This document shows, piece by piece, positions 32,987-46,899 of a DNA stretch of 64,000 bases. The position numbers and the translations under genes are program-made. Position 1 is the first letter of the stretch. The number at the start of each line of letters is the position of its first letter. The notes beneath the pieces are model-generated. The model was not told the DNA's origin and searched no databases. It saw only the letters and a program-made list of their open reading frames with translations. This DNA is from Schmidtea polychroa (lineage: Eukaryota): assembly GCA_044892525.1 (NCBI GenBank), contig CM097885.1:42348001-42412000 (forward strand), in the 5' to 3' direction.

Positions 32987-34150
32987 TGTTGAGGTCTGTA
33001 AATTAAAATAAATTTAAATGAAATTTAGGTTGGTAATTTAAATAAAAAGTAAGTGAAGAAAAAAGACAAATAAAAGCGTGGTCATGCACAGAATTGATAG
33101 TAAAGGAAAGTACGATGAAGCAGTATTAGGAAATGGCAAAAGCAGTTACGAAAGGCAAAAATCCGGAAATTAGAGAAAAATCAATAAATTGTAAAATCAT
33201 CGAAATCGAATTGGGAAAACGGGACAGGTATAGATTAGCTAATGGTCAACAAGATGATGATTAGGGATTTATCAGAAAATGGTTAGAAAGGGTCTAAAAG
33301 CATTCAAATGTGGTTAAACAGAAAATGTTAATTAATTAATTAATTGGCTAATAGAAAACCCGAACCAATGGAGAACCCGAGAGATGAAGGAAACCCGAGC
33401 TGGGTAAACAAAAAGAAAAGTAAATAGAACGATGATTTGGGCCCATTAGCTTGACACAATGATTAATTGGAAAAGAGCAAGGAGAAGATAGTGCGTGCAG
33501 AAAGGCTGGATGGGCCATTAATTATCTTTGTTCGTTGGACCATTATGGGTGACAGCTGAAGCAGATACGTGGAAGCAAATGTCAAGTGAAAGATTGGCTC
33601 GGCAATAACCATTTGTCATCCCGATTTCGAGGAGTATATAAGGAAAGGGAAAGTCAGAGCAAATCGGCATTTTTCCTCAGCTAGGGTTAGAAGAAACCGA
33701 GTTAGGAATAGGTAAAAACGAATTAAGGAGATTAGGGAAAAGAAGATATAGAATAGAATACGGAAAGGTGAAAAAGAATCAAATCAAAAAGAAAAAGAGG
33801 AAAACGTGGGTCAAGAGAATCGAAAGAAATAAAAGGTGAATATTATCTATTTACAAAGCATCAACGCCGTGCTGAGAATCGGTCAAACGTAACTTTGATT
33901 ATTGATTGTAAAGTGCTGAGAAAAGATTGTGAATGCTCAATGAAGTAGGGAGCATTGGTCAAAAGATATGAAGCATAAAACTTGAAGTCTAACATTAGAA
34001 ATGCAGCCACAAGTAAGCACCATCTGTTCTGGTGATATGTTGATAATTAAATGTTGTAAATAATTTGTTTGAATGCGCTTTTGATTTTTTAATAGATTAA
34101 TTAAGTCTCAAAAGTTGTAGATAATTTATTGGTGGATCATTTTTACAACA
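32987..34150 (+). repeat. Possible solo LTR
   Basis: TGTTG...CAACA ends, internal TATATAA near 33635, purine-rich composition; no direct TSD found. Confidence 0.35.
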
Positions 34151-34635
34151 ATACTAATAGGAGTTATCAATGTATTTGATGCTGAAGGTAATTGTAAAGT
34201 CTGAGATCATGTCAACAATTGCCCCTTATTTCCGTCTTCATATAAAATCTAACAGAATAATGAAGCAATAAAGTTTTTTACTGATTAAATCGACTTCTAG
34301 CATATCTGTAATAATAAATAAATAATTTATTAAATTGCAAGTGATACACAATCAATCGGTTTAGGATAAATATTTCTCACGGGAAAAATAAACAGATAAA
34401 CAGCAACCATCCTGAAGACTGTGCGAGTAAACATTTCCTACGATTCTATCAATAATCAAGATGTTTGAAATGTATGGATATTAAACCAATTGTCGCGTTA
34501 CCTAGTAACGTAATGAATGAACAAATATCGCATCTAAAATGAACTTCCAATTAAATTTAACTTTTTTGTTGAAATATTTGATTCGATACTACATTTTCAA
34601 TTAATAACAAACAGTTAACATTTTAGGGTGAAACT

Positions 34636-34926
34636 ATGTTATTTCTTTTATTCTTACTTGAATATTTGGTTTTTGTTCACTCGGAAAATTGCATCAGTCC
34701 ATTTACTGCCTCCTCCACATGTACAGTTTTCAATGGCGATTCATCTACATTGGGGAGTGTGCCATCTGTCCCCGGATGCGCAAATCGTTGCCTGGACTTG
34801 AAAGATTGCACTAATTTCCAGGTAGATTTGCCTGCACAAATGTGTACTTTGTTCATGATCGGATCAATTAATACTGGAACTCCAATCAACTCTGGATCAA
34901 TTTGTTATCAATTCCTAAAAAATTGA
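34636..34926 (+). CDS. Small secreted PAN/Apple-domain protein (host gene)
   Basis: Hydrophobic signal peptide, then CANRC-x5-CTNF-x7-CTL PAN-type Cys pattern. Confidence 0.7.
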   Translation: MLFLLFLLEYLVFVHSENCISPFTASSTCTVFNGDSSTLGSVPSVPGCANRCLDLKDCTNFQVDLPAQMCTLFMIGSINTGTPINSGSICYQFLKN

Positions 34927-35365
34927 TTTCATAATGTTATTCTGATTTTAAAATAACTTTTAATTTTAAACCATTTTCTGTTTGGATAAACGAATGCCGT
35001 GAATCTTTTTTTCTCAATTCACTATTTCGAAAATGTTATTAAATAAATACGTTTTAATTGAAGGAAATAAAATACACTGAAATAGCCGCAACATCTGAAA
35101 GTTGCCATTTTCAGAAAAGTATCATTTATTTCATTTTCTTTTACTAAGTAATATTTTTTTTAAAAATGTTTTTCTAAATGTAGTTTGGAAAAATGTTTTC
35201 CATTAAATTACATAACATTTTATGACTTATATAAAGCATTATAAGTGCAGTGGCCATACGTCCTTTATTTCATAAGAAAATTCTTTATTTAGGGCTGTTG
35301 TTCTTTAGATTTATTTATTTTTTAAAAACCGATTTTATCCCTTTTCAATTTTTGTCCTTTTAAAG

Positions 35366-35400
35366 CAGTGGTTCTTAACCAGGGGTGCGGGAGAAGCCCT
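35366..35400 (+). repeat. Orphan Buster-type hAT terminus
   Basis: CAGTGGTTCTTAACC then GGGGTGC, as at the ends of 55883-58387. Confidence 0.6.
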
Positions 35401-35559
35401 TAACAATATAAATTATTAAATATCATTTATTAAATTCTTGATAATAAAAGATACAAATAATTCAAATAAGTACTTAAATTTTTAATAAGAAAATTGTCTA
35501 TGAACATGACTCTAGGGCAAAGAGACACAGATAAAAAAAATTACCAAATATTACCAAAA

Positions 35560-37210
35560 CTCAAAGATGGATACTGGATCAGTGACGACGATTCAAAATA
35601 TGGTAGTCAAATACGCAAGCACAATCAGCGAGACAGTCATATCTAAATTCACTCGTATCCGATCGCAAGAAATGCGATTCAGTCTGACATTTGATAAGTG
35701 GACGTCAAAAATATTCGCAGATATTTAAATGTAAACGTTTACATCGAGGACGAATTTTGGAGCCTTGGATCAGCTAGAGTTGTTGTTTCACTGCCTGCTG
35801 AAAAGGCATTGAACTAGTTCCAAAAGTGTTAACGCAGTTTATGTTGAATTACGACGAAGACATTGGCTGCATTACTACTGATGGAGCTTCGGTAATGCAT
35901 AAAATGGGACGTTTGGGCAATTGTGATCAACAGTTTTGCATTGTGCATGGCATTCAACTTGGTTTTCAAGACTTTTTGTACAAAAACCGTCAACCTCTGC
36001 CAAAGCAATCTTGAAAGAAATCTCCAAAGACGAGAATAGCAGTGAAAGTGACGATGACAATGATGAAGATACCACCACTGACGCTGGCATAAACACTTTT
36101 CCGACGGGTTTCAAGTTATGATGAGTGAGAGGACGACACTATTCAACTGACTGATGATTTGCAGCCACTAATCGCTAAGGTGCGCACCGTTGTGAAATTC
36201 TTTGGCCGTAGTCCTACAAAAATGATCAAACACTTGAAAAATACACAGTAGACTAATTTTGTAAAGCCCTTCCATTAATACTTGACTCCAAAAGTCGTTG
36301 GAGTAGATTGCACACAATTCTCGAACGTTTCATAAAATTGAAAAACTGCACTCGCAAGTCACTGATTGACATTGAGTCCAAAATAGAGATATCTGATAAG
36401 GAATTCGACACAATTTTAGCTGTTGTGGTATGTCTCCGCCAGTGAAATTAGCCGTGGAAGCATTATGCCAACACTGTTGTCAGCCGATACAACAATATTG
36501 TTCGTGGTAAATAACCTTGGAGACATGGCATTAGCTTTTATATTGAAAGCTGCGTTGGTGCTACGAATAAATGAGCGACGGACACCTTTTTCTAGCTTTC
36601 TGTACTATCTACACAAGAGCCATCAATGATACGAAAATTTGAATCCAGCGCTGTCGTTTGAGCACCTTAGCGAATCAGCCATTGTTAATGTCGTTGTTCG
36701 TCTGAATGAGCGGCTCAATCAGCGAGCAGACGAACCTCTCCTTTCCACCAGCGTTTCATCGGACAACGATTCTGTTAACAGCACTGCAGACTTGTTATTG
36801 AAAGAAAAGCTGGACATGGCAATTTCGAATGATAAGAACTTTAAAAACAAGGGAAGGTTGAGCGTTTCGAAAGATTTATCAAAAACAATCCGCAAGAGAT
36901 TGCAACTTTCGAAGAAGAAGGAACTCGTGGAAAATATTTACAAAGCTCTCTTTAGGATAACACTCTAAATGCCCTTTGTTTCTTAAGGGAATATTTTACA
37001 AGGGAGAAAAAGCGCAAATTGAAAAAAAGCCTGTAATTTTGATGACAAATAAAAAGTTTTATTGAAGTACTGTCAATTTTTACTTTTTATTGAGATTTTA
37101 ATCATATTTCCAAAAAAATTAATACCGGTGTTATACCGATATTACTGATATTGAAAATTTTCAGTACCAAAATACCGGTATTAAAAAATGATACCGGTAT
37201 TGGATGCACT
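35560..37210 (+). mobile_element. Degenerate hAT transposon (transposase pseudogene and right end)
   Basis: LTFDKWTS, ITTDGASVM, CIVHGIQL, DSKSRWS...ILERF; subterminal ATACCGGTAT repeats ending ...GGATGCACTA. Confidence 0.8.
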
Positions 37211-39339
37211 ACTCATTACTGCCAATTAGGGAGGAAGTCATAGAAAATGAATCTGAAAAAGCTCGAAATATATGGGATGAAATAAATTGTGTTACCTTAT
37301 TAGATCGAATGCTAATTTATTTAAAACTCGACGTTTTTTTGCTTTCCAATTTCTTTTAGCAGTTAAGATCAAAATTTATTCCTCTCAACCAACAAGAACT
37401 ATTTAATTTCTTGTGTATTCCAGGTATTTCTAAGAATTCTGATTGAAAATTACTTATTGAGTTGCTCTAAGAGATATATATTTTTTTCGAATGAGAAATC
37501 CCATGGTGGGTTAACATTTGTTTAAAGCATGATTAACAAGCATCTTCCGATACTACTGATCTTTTATATATTAATATCAATAAAATATATGGGTAGGCGC
37601 TTAGTCAAAATCTTTCATAAAAGGACTTTAATAAGTAGATTGTACTTAAATATATGTATTTAGAAATTATGTATGTATCTGAATAAATAATAATTTCTAT
37701 AAATAATGTTGAGGTTAATATATGAAGGCACAAAAATAAAATAGAAACACGGTTAAAATTAAAAAAATACAAAAATAATAAAAGTGCAAAATTCATTAAA
37801 AAATTGAAATTTAATATTTCCCGGAACGCCGAATAATGAGACAAACCCAAGAATAATTATATGAATTTAGCGAATGTAGACATTGTTAAATATGTATTAT
37901 TTTATATAATTATGAGATCATTATTCAAGTTCTTAAATATTACTTTTAGTCAGCATTTATAATATAAAATATTGATAATTAAATTTCAGGTGTTTTTTAG
38001 GAATTTTATGAAATTAATTGGAATTATTTAGATATAATGTAAGTCGAATATATTTTTAACTATAAATAAATAAAGTAATCACCGAAGACATTTATATTTT
38101 TAATACAATTATGAAAGAAGGAAAGGCCGAATTTCGTCATTTTCTGTATATCTATGAAAATATTAATTTATTTAAATTTACGAATTTCTTTCTGCAAATT
38201 CTAATGTTTTGTAACATAATATTAATAATGTAATGAGATCTTCGCAGTCAGTTTCTTTATAAATCACATATTATTTCAGTAAAACCTATTTATAAAAATT
38301 GAAAAAATTACAAATTTAAGTCTAAAATAAATTAAAAATGTTTATTGTAAATATGAGAAAGTTGCTATAGTGTAAATTAAGAGCCCCACTTTTTAAGAAA
38401 TTTACTAAAATATTTTTTATATTAATTAATTTATCTTGTCAACTCTGCAATTCTCTACTTTTACAAATTTTGATTCATTAATTTGTAATAATTTCATTAT
38501 TTAGAATCAAATTGCTTTGGTTTTCGGATAACTTACTGAATAATGTAAAGATTTTTGAAATTGATATTTGATGCAATTTTTAATGGCATACTATTTTCGA
38601 GCTTATTTGTGTCACATCGGTATCATTGTAAGAAGCTGGTCCCACCCGAGATTGAACTCAGCAACTTTGTGACCAGACCATATATTCTGACTAGTACACC
38701 TCCATGTCACATAAAATATCACAATTTATTTTATCAAATACATTAATAAATTAATTAGTGACACATAGCTGTAAAATTGGTGCCGTAATGTAAAAATGGT
38801 TTCAGTTATCTAATGTTTAACAATATTTACATTTTTTACTATTCCATCTCGTAGCGTAAATCACAAGACAATATTTAATGACTGGTTCGGTCGAATCAGA
38901 TGAATATTGGCACTATAGCAAATATATTTTCTGGAGATCTTTCAATTTATAATATCATCTAAACCTCGATACCCTAGATAATACCGCATTAGCTCGCTCC
39001 TTAAGCCGGTCTTAGTGATTGTGTTGGTCTTATTAATTTTTCATTAGGAATGAAATATAAATATGAATCCACCTGTTCACCATTCCATAACTAAGACCCA
39101 AACATATTTAAACTTTATTTAATAATTACAAAGATTAACTTTCGAGTAAGCACATCATTTTTACATCATTTTTTTTAGCAAACGTGTGCAGCATTTTTTT
39201 ACGGCATACGATGAATATTTTTGAATGAATGAATGTTTTTGTATACTGTAGGGCCACGTAACTAATTCGCATAAAGTTTTTATTGAAAACGACCATAGAA
39301 ATATTTGCTCCAGCAGTCAATGTTCCCACAAAAGTATCG

Positions 39340-41100
39340 GCACTTATATTTGGCGATTGTACTGAGATTGTTGATGACTTCGCATTTGGGCATATAGACT
39401 TCAGTATTGTACGATGTGAAAGAGTGACGATATTTAGATTGTTATATTGTTTAAATATTCGGTTTTATATTAAATATATATTTTTGAAAATAGCGTGTTA
39501 GCTTTAATTATTATTATTGGAAATGTTACTGGTGACCTCGCCGAAATCTCAGCTCTGACGAGATCACAGCAAAGGCAGGAAATGGTGGAATCTTTGCCAA
39601 AGAATATTCAAGATTCAATTTATCCAGCGATAAATAAGTTTTTTGGAGGAAAAAAAGAAAATGCAAAGGACTGGCTTGTATCTATTGAAGAATTTGTGAC
39701 GATAAATTCGCTCAATTTAGGAGAAGCGTTCGATTTGTTATTACATGAAGTGCAAAAAAGTTATGATGGCCTTTAAGGAAACATAAAAGACTCCAGCCTC
39801 AGATCAAGAGGTAAAAGTTGGTTTATTTTAAAATATGTAAAATTCAAAAGTTTTTTGCAAAATATCGAAGACATGAGTCTGATAAAGCAGAGATCGGACG
39901 AAGGGTTTGAAAATTTTGTAATCAAAGTGAGGAAATTAATGCGCGAAGTTCTTTTCGCAAATCAAACAGAAGACATGATTGTCAAGGATATTGTAAGAAG
40001 ACGTATGTATTCAGAAAAAGTTAAGGATGCAATTGCAATGAACATAGAAGTATCTCTTACAGAAATAAAGAAATTAAATGTAAATTTTGAAAATATTTTA
40101 CGTACAGAAGACATCAGAGAGGTATTTGTATTGGCAGATATAGGAAACAAGCGTCGTATGCATCGGTAACAAGGAATAAAATCCCAGTAAGACAGAATGT
40201 TCAACCATTGATTAGACCATCAGTTCCTGAGACTAACCGGTATGTCAGTAAAAAAAGAAGTTACGACAATTAAGTCAATATATAACATGGTACTGAAAGA
40301 AGGTGACGTTCAGAAAGTTTATTGATTAATGAGAGTCCCAATTGGCCTACAGAAACATATTGCAAGACGAGTTTTCAACAAAGCGAAATGATTACCGGGA
40401 CCAGAATTGCGACCTTTACAACCCGGTCAATGTTACTGTTGTGGTGAATCAAGTCATATTTACACAAGGGTTGTTTAATATGCGTCAAAAATGATCATTT
40501 TTTAAATAACTGCCATCTAATAAGAAGTAATAATACAAGAAGAATTCACTGTATACAAGAAGAAAATAATTTAGGAAATCTGACTTATTCGTAGGAAGAC
40601 CTTGAGAATGATGTCACGTCGGAATCTGAAGTAAATGAAATAGGATCGATTACAGGAGCTCATAGAGAAATGGCAAAGACTGTCCTTTAAACTAGATACG
40701 CTCCATGGCAAACATTTCGTCTGTGGAGTCGTTGAATTAAATGTGAAGAACACAAAAAACCGAAATGTTATGATGTTCAAGAATACAAATGGAAGGTGTT
40801 GGAGTTTTGTTCAATGCTGTAGAATAGTGATTGAGATGTTGTGGGATGCAGGTGCGTCGGTGAAGGTAATGTCATAGGGCATATGTAGGAAGTGTGGCAG
40901 TTCAGTTGTAAAACCGTTAGATATGGCGCTCAGAGAGGCGTATGGAAATAAGCCGATATCATGCTTGGGGGATTTTACGACTTCGATTGTTTATAATGAA
41001 TTGTGTCAGAAAGTGAATGTATTTCTGGTTATGGATATAAGTCTAAGTTTTGTGGGTGGAATGAATTTGATTTTAGCTTTTAAAATATCGTTTTTTGAAT
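39340..41100 (+). mobile_element. Degraded Gypsy (LTR part, PBS, gag, protease), related to the element at 1-3900
   Basis: PBS TGGTGACCTCG 39530-39540; EAFDLLL, QPGQCYCCGE, MLWDAGAS. Confidence 0.8.
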
Positions 41101-42164
41101 GAAAAGAATATTAAAGCAATAATTTTAATTTAATTAATTTAATAATATATTTAACGTTTAATTAAGTTGATATTTTTATTAATGTGGAAATCACATATAC
41201 CAGTAAAATTTCCATCAGAACTATTGAAATATATATTTTTATTTACAAATCCCCAAGATATAATTTATAAGACAAAAACAATAAATGCGACTAAATTAAT
41301 CGTAAATTTTATGATTAAAAGCACCCGGTTGAAGACTAAGAAACCCAGATGGAAATAGCAAACAATGTGAAAAATTTACTAATGCCAGTTTCATTTTTCA
41401 CGATATATTTATCTTATCTATTTAAACAATGAAAAATTAAATTTTAATGTTTTTATTAAAATAGAATTTCAAAGTTTTGCAAATGTAAATAGAATGAATT
41501 TTAACTTATTTAAAAGTTTTCAATATATTGCAAAGAATTTATTGTTAATACAAGAGGCCTTGCAACTGACGTAAACATTACTAGTATTGCTGAATTTATT
41601 TCATTGCATTTACAATTTATATAAATTTCTATTGTATTTTATTTCATTGTGATTTTAGTTTAAACATTTTTTTAAACAATTTAAATTTAAAACAAAATAT
41701 TTTAAAATTATTATTAGATCCAATTGAAATTTATTTTTTGAATTTAATTAAAATAGTATTTTTATTTCTACATTATTTATAACATTAAATTCACATGTGA
41801 AGAAGAGGAAGATTATTCAAATAACAAAAATATATAAAGTGAAAAGTTACAGTATAAATACTTCCATTGGTATCAGTTGCGAATTTACATACAAGCGTAA
41901 TGTGACGAAAGAATTAATTTTTCGATCATGGTTTTTGCCTTCACAATTTGCCAATTCTGTTAAGTGTTGACAAATTGATGGTATTGTTACAGAATAATGT
42001 TTATTGTTGGTCAAAACTAGGAGAATAATCCATCTGTTTAAATGAAAAAGATGAAAAGTTTATATCACGAAAAGAAAAATAGCAAAAGTTATGAGAAATA
42101 AATAAATTAGAAGAGAAAAAAAATAAATGAGAACATAAATAAAAACGGAAAAACAGAATAAAAT

Positions 42165-45100
42165 CTTTTCAAAACCATTTATCAAAATTTCAATATTTAA
42201 AAAATATTTATTTAAAAAATTTCATTAATAAAACTTCTTTTTTAAAAAGCTATTTTAATTTTTAAATTTTTCAATTCAAAGATTTTAACTTAAAAAATCC
42301 AATTTAAAAATTATTTAAAAGTTATTTTAATAGTCAATTATTTACAATTTAAAATTATTTTAATAAACCATTGAAATATATAACTCTCAGCTGAAAACAC
42401 CTCACATCCCCCTTCTTTAAGAAATTTCTTCATCTTTTCAATATTTCTTTGTAGCATTTTTCCACTTTGGTCTTGTACCAGATATCGGCGATCATGGATC
42501 TTCTGCATTATTCTGTATGGCCCTTCGTATCTTTCCTTGTCTTTCGTTCTTGATTCAACTTTTACAAGAACCTCATCTCCAATATTGAATGATCTTTTTG
42601 TCTGGGTTGTTTCTCGTGTATCTTTTTTTGTGAAATCTTCGCTTTACTATGAAATTGTTCTCGAGCTATTTTTCTTCCAAATATTACTTCTGCGGACTTC
42701 GTCCAATTGATTTCTGAAATGTTGCATTCATGTTAAATTCAATCTCTGGTATGATCTCTGTCCAATCTGTTATACTTTTTTCTTTTAATGATGTCTTTCC
42801 ATAAGTTTTCGAATAGTTTAAACACTAAAAAAATAAGAAAAAATTGTTCAAACCCATATACATGAGGAGGGAAAAATTCATTTAAATCAATATCAAAATT
42901 CCTATTCAAATATATATGTAAGGTCATCTCCCAATCACCTAAGCTCAAGGGTGTACCGCAAGGGAAATGAAGTTCAACAATTAGATTTTTCACTAATTTA
43001 TTCAGCTAGCCCAAAGAATAATAAAGGAATAATAAAGAATAATAAAAATTAATAAAGAATAATAAAGGACTAGACATAATCAAAGAAAATCAATTAAAGT
43101 AAGTGTATCAATGAAAAATCGTTATCAAAATCGAAAGTTGACGTCAGTCTATAGGGGATTTTTCCGAGGCCTCCCTCGCTTCCGTGGGGGCGCGTCTTCG
43201 CTCTCGATCTCATCCAGCGGGATCCCAATTTCTTCTGCCCGAAGCTAGGCCTCGATTCGTCTCAGCCTAATTTGGGCGGCCTCCACGTCCATCATCGCTC
43301 TGTCGCGGACCTCCACCGACAGATTGTTATGGGGTTCCGTTTTAACCCATGCTGGTGCATCGGGTTCGGGACCACTCCGTGCGACTGGACCGTAGTTGTC
43401 TAGGTCTCGACCCTGGTTCCACTCGTGTATTCTATGCCAGATATATCTGGTCCGGAGTCGAGTGATTAACTGCTGGTTCGATTGCTCCTCATTGCGGTCG
43501 CTGGATTGAGACATTTCTACATTGCAAAATTAAAATCATGGATACTCTACAAATTCTGAGGTGGGCCATTTTAAACTTTAGGCCCCAAATGAACTTCCTT
43601 GACTGTCGTTCTAGGCCTAGATGATGTCTATCGAACCGTCCCACCTCTTTTCTATATTCTATTTTTATATCCAGGCTACTAAGGTAGTTAATCCATGTCT
43701 GAAATTGCGTTGTTATTGGTTTCTTTGTGGATAACATAAACGTGATAGCTTTATGGTCCGTTCTCAAAATGAACCGTTTTCCATTTAAATTATGATTGAA
43801 GTGTTGAAAAATATAATTGCAGCAACTCTTTCCTTGTTATTGAATATCCCTTTTCATGATTGCTCATTGCATAAGAACCGTATGCTATATCCTTTTCGCA
43901 CCCGTTGTCGTCTTTCTGTGATAATACTGCTCCAATCTTGTCAAAACTCGCATCAGTATCCAGAATGAATTCTCTTTCGAAATCTGGAAACCCTAGAATA
44001 GTTGAGGATACTAAAGCATTTTTCATATTTTCAAATGCGATGTTGCATGCGTCAGCCAAATTAAATTTTGTTGTTTAACCCCCATGGCTCTAAAACTCTT
44101 GCCTTTTTTGCGTATTCCTTTATAAATTTTCTGTAGTAATTGCATATTCCTAGGAAGTTTCTCAGATTCTTAACACATTTTGGCTTTTTAAATGATTTAA
44201 TCACGTCTAGCTTTGACGGGTCCGTCTGTATTCCATCTTTGTTGATTATGTGACCTAAAAATTTGACTTCCTCTTTAAGGATATGGCGCTTTTCAGGGTT
44301 TATCCGAAGACCCAAAATATCAAAATATCGTCTAGGTATATTGCTGCATATCTCGTACCCATTAATACTTTTCCCATCAGTTCCTGAAACGTACCTGGTA
44401 CCGCTGCGGTTTCAAATGGCATTATGTTAAAACAATATTGACCTGATTTGGTTGAAAACGCCGTTTGTAGCTTTGATTCATCTTCTAGTTCTACTTGATA
44501 ATATGCATTTCCAAGATCTATCGAACTGAAATATTTGCTCCACCCAATTTATCTAACATCTTTGCTATATTCGGCATATGGAACGCCTGTCTCTTTGTTT
44601 CTAGGTTTAATTGCCTGAAATCAAGATATAATCTGATATCTTGCTTTTCTTTCTTCCAGGCGCATATTAATGGAGTGTTCCATGGCGAATTACACTTTTT
44701 GATAATATTGTTTTCCCATAGGTTTTTATCGATTCATCTATTTTACCTTCCAAGTTAACTGGTTGTTTCCAAGGTTTAATATTTATCGGTTTTCCTTGAG
44801 TTTCTATTTATGCTTCAACAGATTTGTGCAGCCAATTTATTTGTCCAATTTATCAGCCATAAAAACATTTTGATTCTTTTTAACAATGTTCAGTAGTATC
44901 GGGTTATTTATCTTTAAAGTATTCTTTGCTCTTTGAAATCGTTCCTTCTCCGTTATTGTCTTTCCAAATTTGGCTTCGATACTGCATATGTGCTCTTGCT
45001 TCGTTTTCTCGATCTCTTCTACCTCTTTTTGTTATATTCTGTTCTGGTCTTCTTTCTCTCACTGCGTAGATCTCATCTGCAACTATACGAGATTCATGTA

Positions 45101-45948
45101 ACTTCTTGATTTTTTTCTTCACTTCCGTTGTTCCTTTGGTTTCACTTAGACACAATTCTCGTTTCAAAGTCTTATCGGCTGCACAGTGTATCAGCAGATA
45201 TTCTGTTAAACTTTTTTTGTTTAACTCATACTCCAATATTTTATCGACTAACTTGTCTATGATAGTAAAATATTTATCGGGCTCTTCACTAGTCTGTCTA
45301 TAAGATATAGCATATTGTAAATCTTCTGCGAAACTTGTTTTTTGACGAATGCCTTTCGCAATCTTTCCTTATAACATTTGATATTTTGGTCAACTCCTGT
45401 ATATATCTCTCTGATCTGTTTGTCAATCAGTAATTCGATCATCACTTCTTGTCTTGCAGTAGGCATTTGTACCATTTTAAAATATCTATCGCATTCTTTA
45501 ATGAATGTTTCAACATCATCTCCTATATGATAATCATTTGGGAATAGCTTCTTTAAGAAGAAATCCATAGTCGTGGTCGACATATTAGAAGCTGCTAACA
45601 CATCTTCTAAATTATTTTTTAAATCTGATTCAAAAGTTAACGACATAATTCCAAGTATTTATTATATGACATTTTGTATAATTTCCAAACAAATTTTTCG
45701 CGTTGAATAAAATATTTTCAAAACCATTTATCAAAATATTTCAATATTTAAAACATTTATTTAAAAATTTTTCATTAATAAAACTTCTTTCTTTAGAAAG
45801 CTATTTTAATTTTTAATTCAAAAATTTCAACTTAAAAAATCCAATTTAAAAATTATTTAAAAGTTATTTTAATAGTCAATTATTTACAATTAAAAATTAT
45901 TTTGATAAATCATTGAAATATTTAACTCTCAGCTGACAACATCTGACA
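42165..45948 (-). mobile_element. Internally deleted Gypsy with both LTRs, PBS and PPT
   Basis: 5' LTR 45583-45948; PBS 45571-45582; gag, RT and RNase H fragments (LDTDASF, RTDHKAI); PPT AAAGAAGGGGGA 42407-42418; truncated 3' LTR 42165-42406; foreign insert ~42730-43640. Confidence 0.88.
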
Positions 45949-46899
45949 ATATAAAACAAATTTTAAATTTTATTATACATTATACATACTGGCGGTCTCA
46001 AACGATTGCATTTTCGGTGATGTCGACTGTCTCAGCTTGGAACTCAGGTCACTTGGACCTAAGTTCTTGGTGGTCACGCACATAATGTTTAGTATCTGGC
46101 TTATATTGAAAATATAAACCAAATTGTAAATTTAAATGTAGCTTTTGACACAGCCCGAAGAATGATCACCAAACCTGGAGTTTCTAGGTTCAAATAAAAT
46201 TAAAATTGAAAAAAGATACAAACACAAAAATAGGCAAGTTTAAGTCCTCTTTCTATCAATATAAATGACTGCAGGTTAATTTAGGTTTAATGTGGTTATT
46301 TATTCATATAAATTTTCAATTTGAAACTGAAATGGTTACAAAATTATTTAATCAACAATTAATACAACACATGAATATTACACAAATTCACAATCTGCAT
46401 TTATTTTGAAAATCAAATATTAGAAAAAAAATTGTTAAGTCGATTTGTTAATGTAAAATTTTTTAAAATTTAATTTAAAAATAATTCTTTGATTATTTGA
46501 GAACGGATAGGACTGGAAAAAATGCAAATTCATTTTATTGGATCATTCGAAATACAGAGACAAATTTGTTTAACATGCTGTAATAAATCACGTGAGCTTT
46601 GTCTGTAATGTGAAACTATAAAATTTTATTGATCGTATAAATATTTTACTCAATTTCGGATTTATTCTGAATTCGAAATATCGGGATTTGTAATTCAATG
46701 AGTGAGCAACGTAAATCCAGTAAGTTTTGAATATCAATTTAACAAGAAATCGGTTATTTACTTTTATACTGAATTTATTGTATTGATGTTTTTTCAGTAA
46801 TTTTTGCCGAATACATTTTATATTTATTTCAAAATTATTAAAATATTATGAAGTAGCTTGTAGTTATTAAGTGGATTAAGGAAATTTTTATAATACAAT

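Noticed and set aside
38820..46110. Scattered exon-like pieces on the minus strand (~38830-39090, 41860-42033, 45990-46101)
   Set aside because: Could not be assembled into a consistent frame or recognised protein
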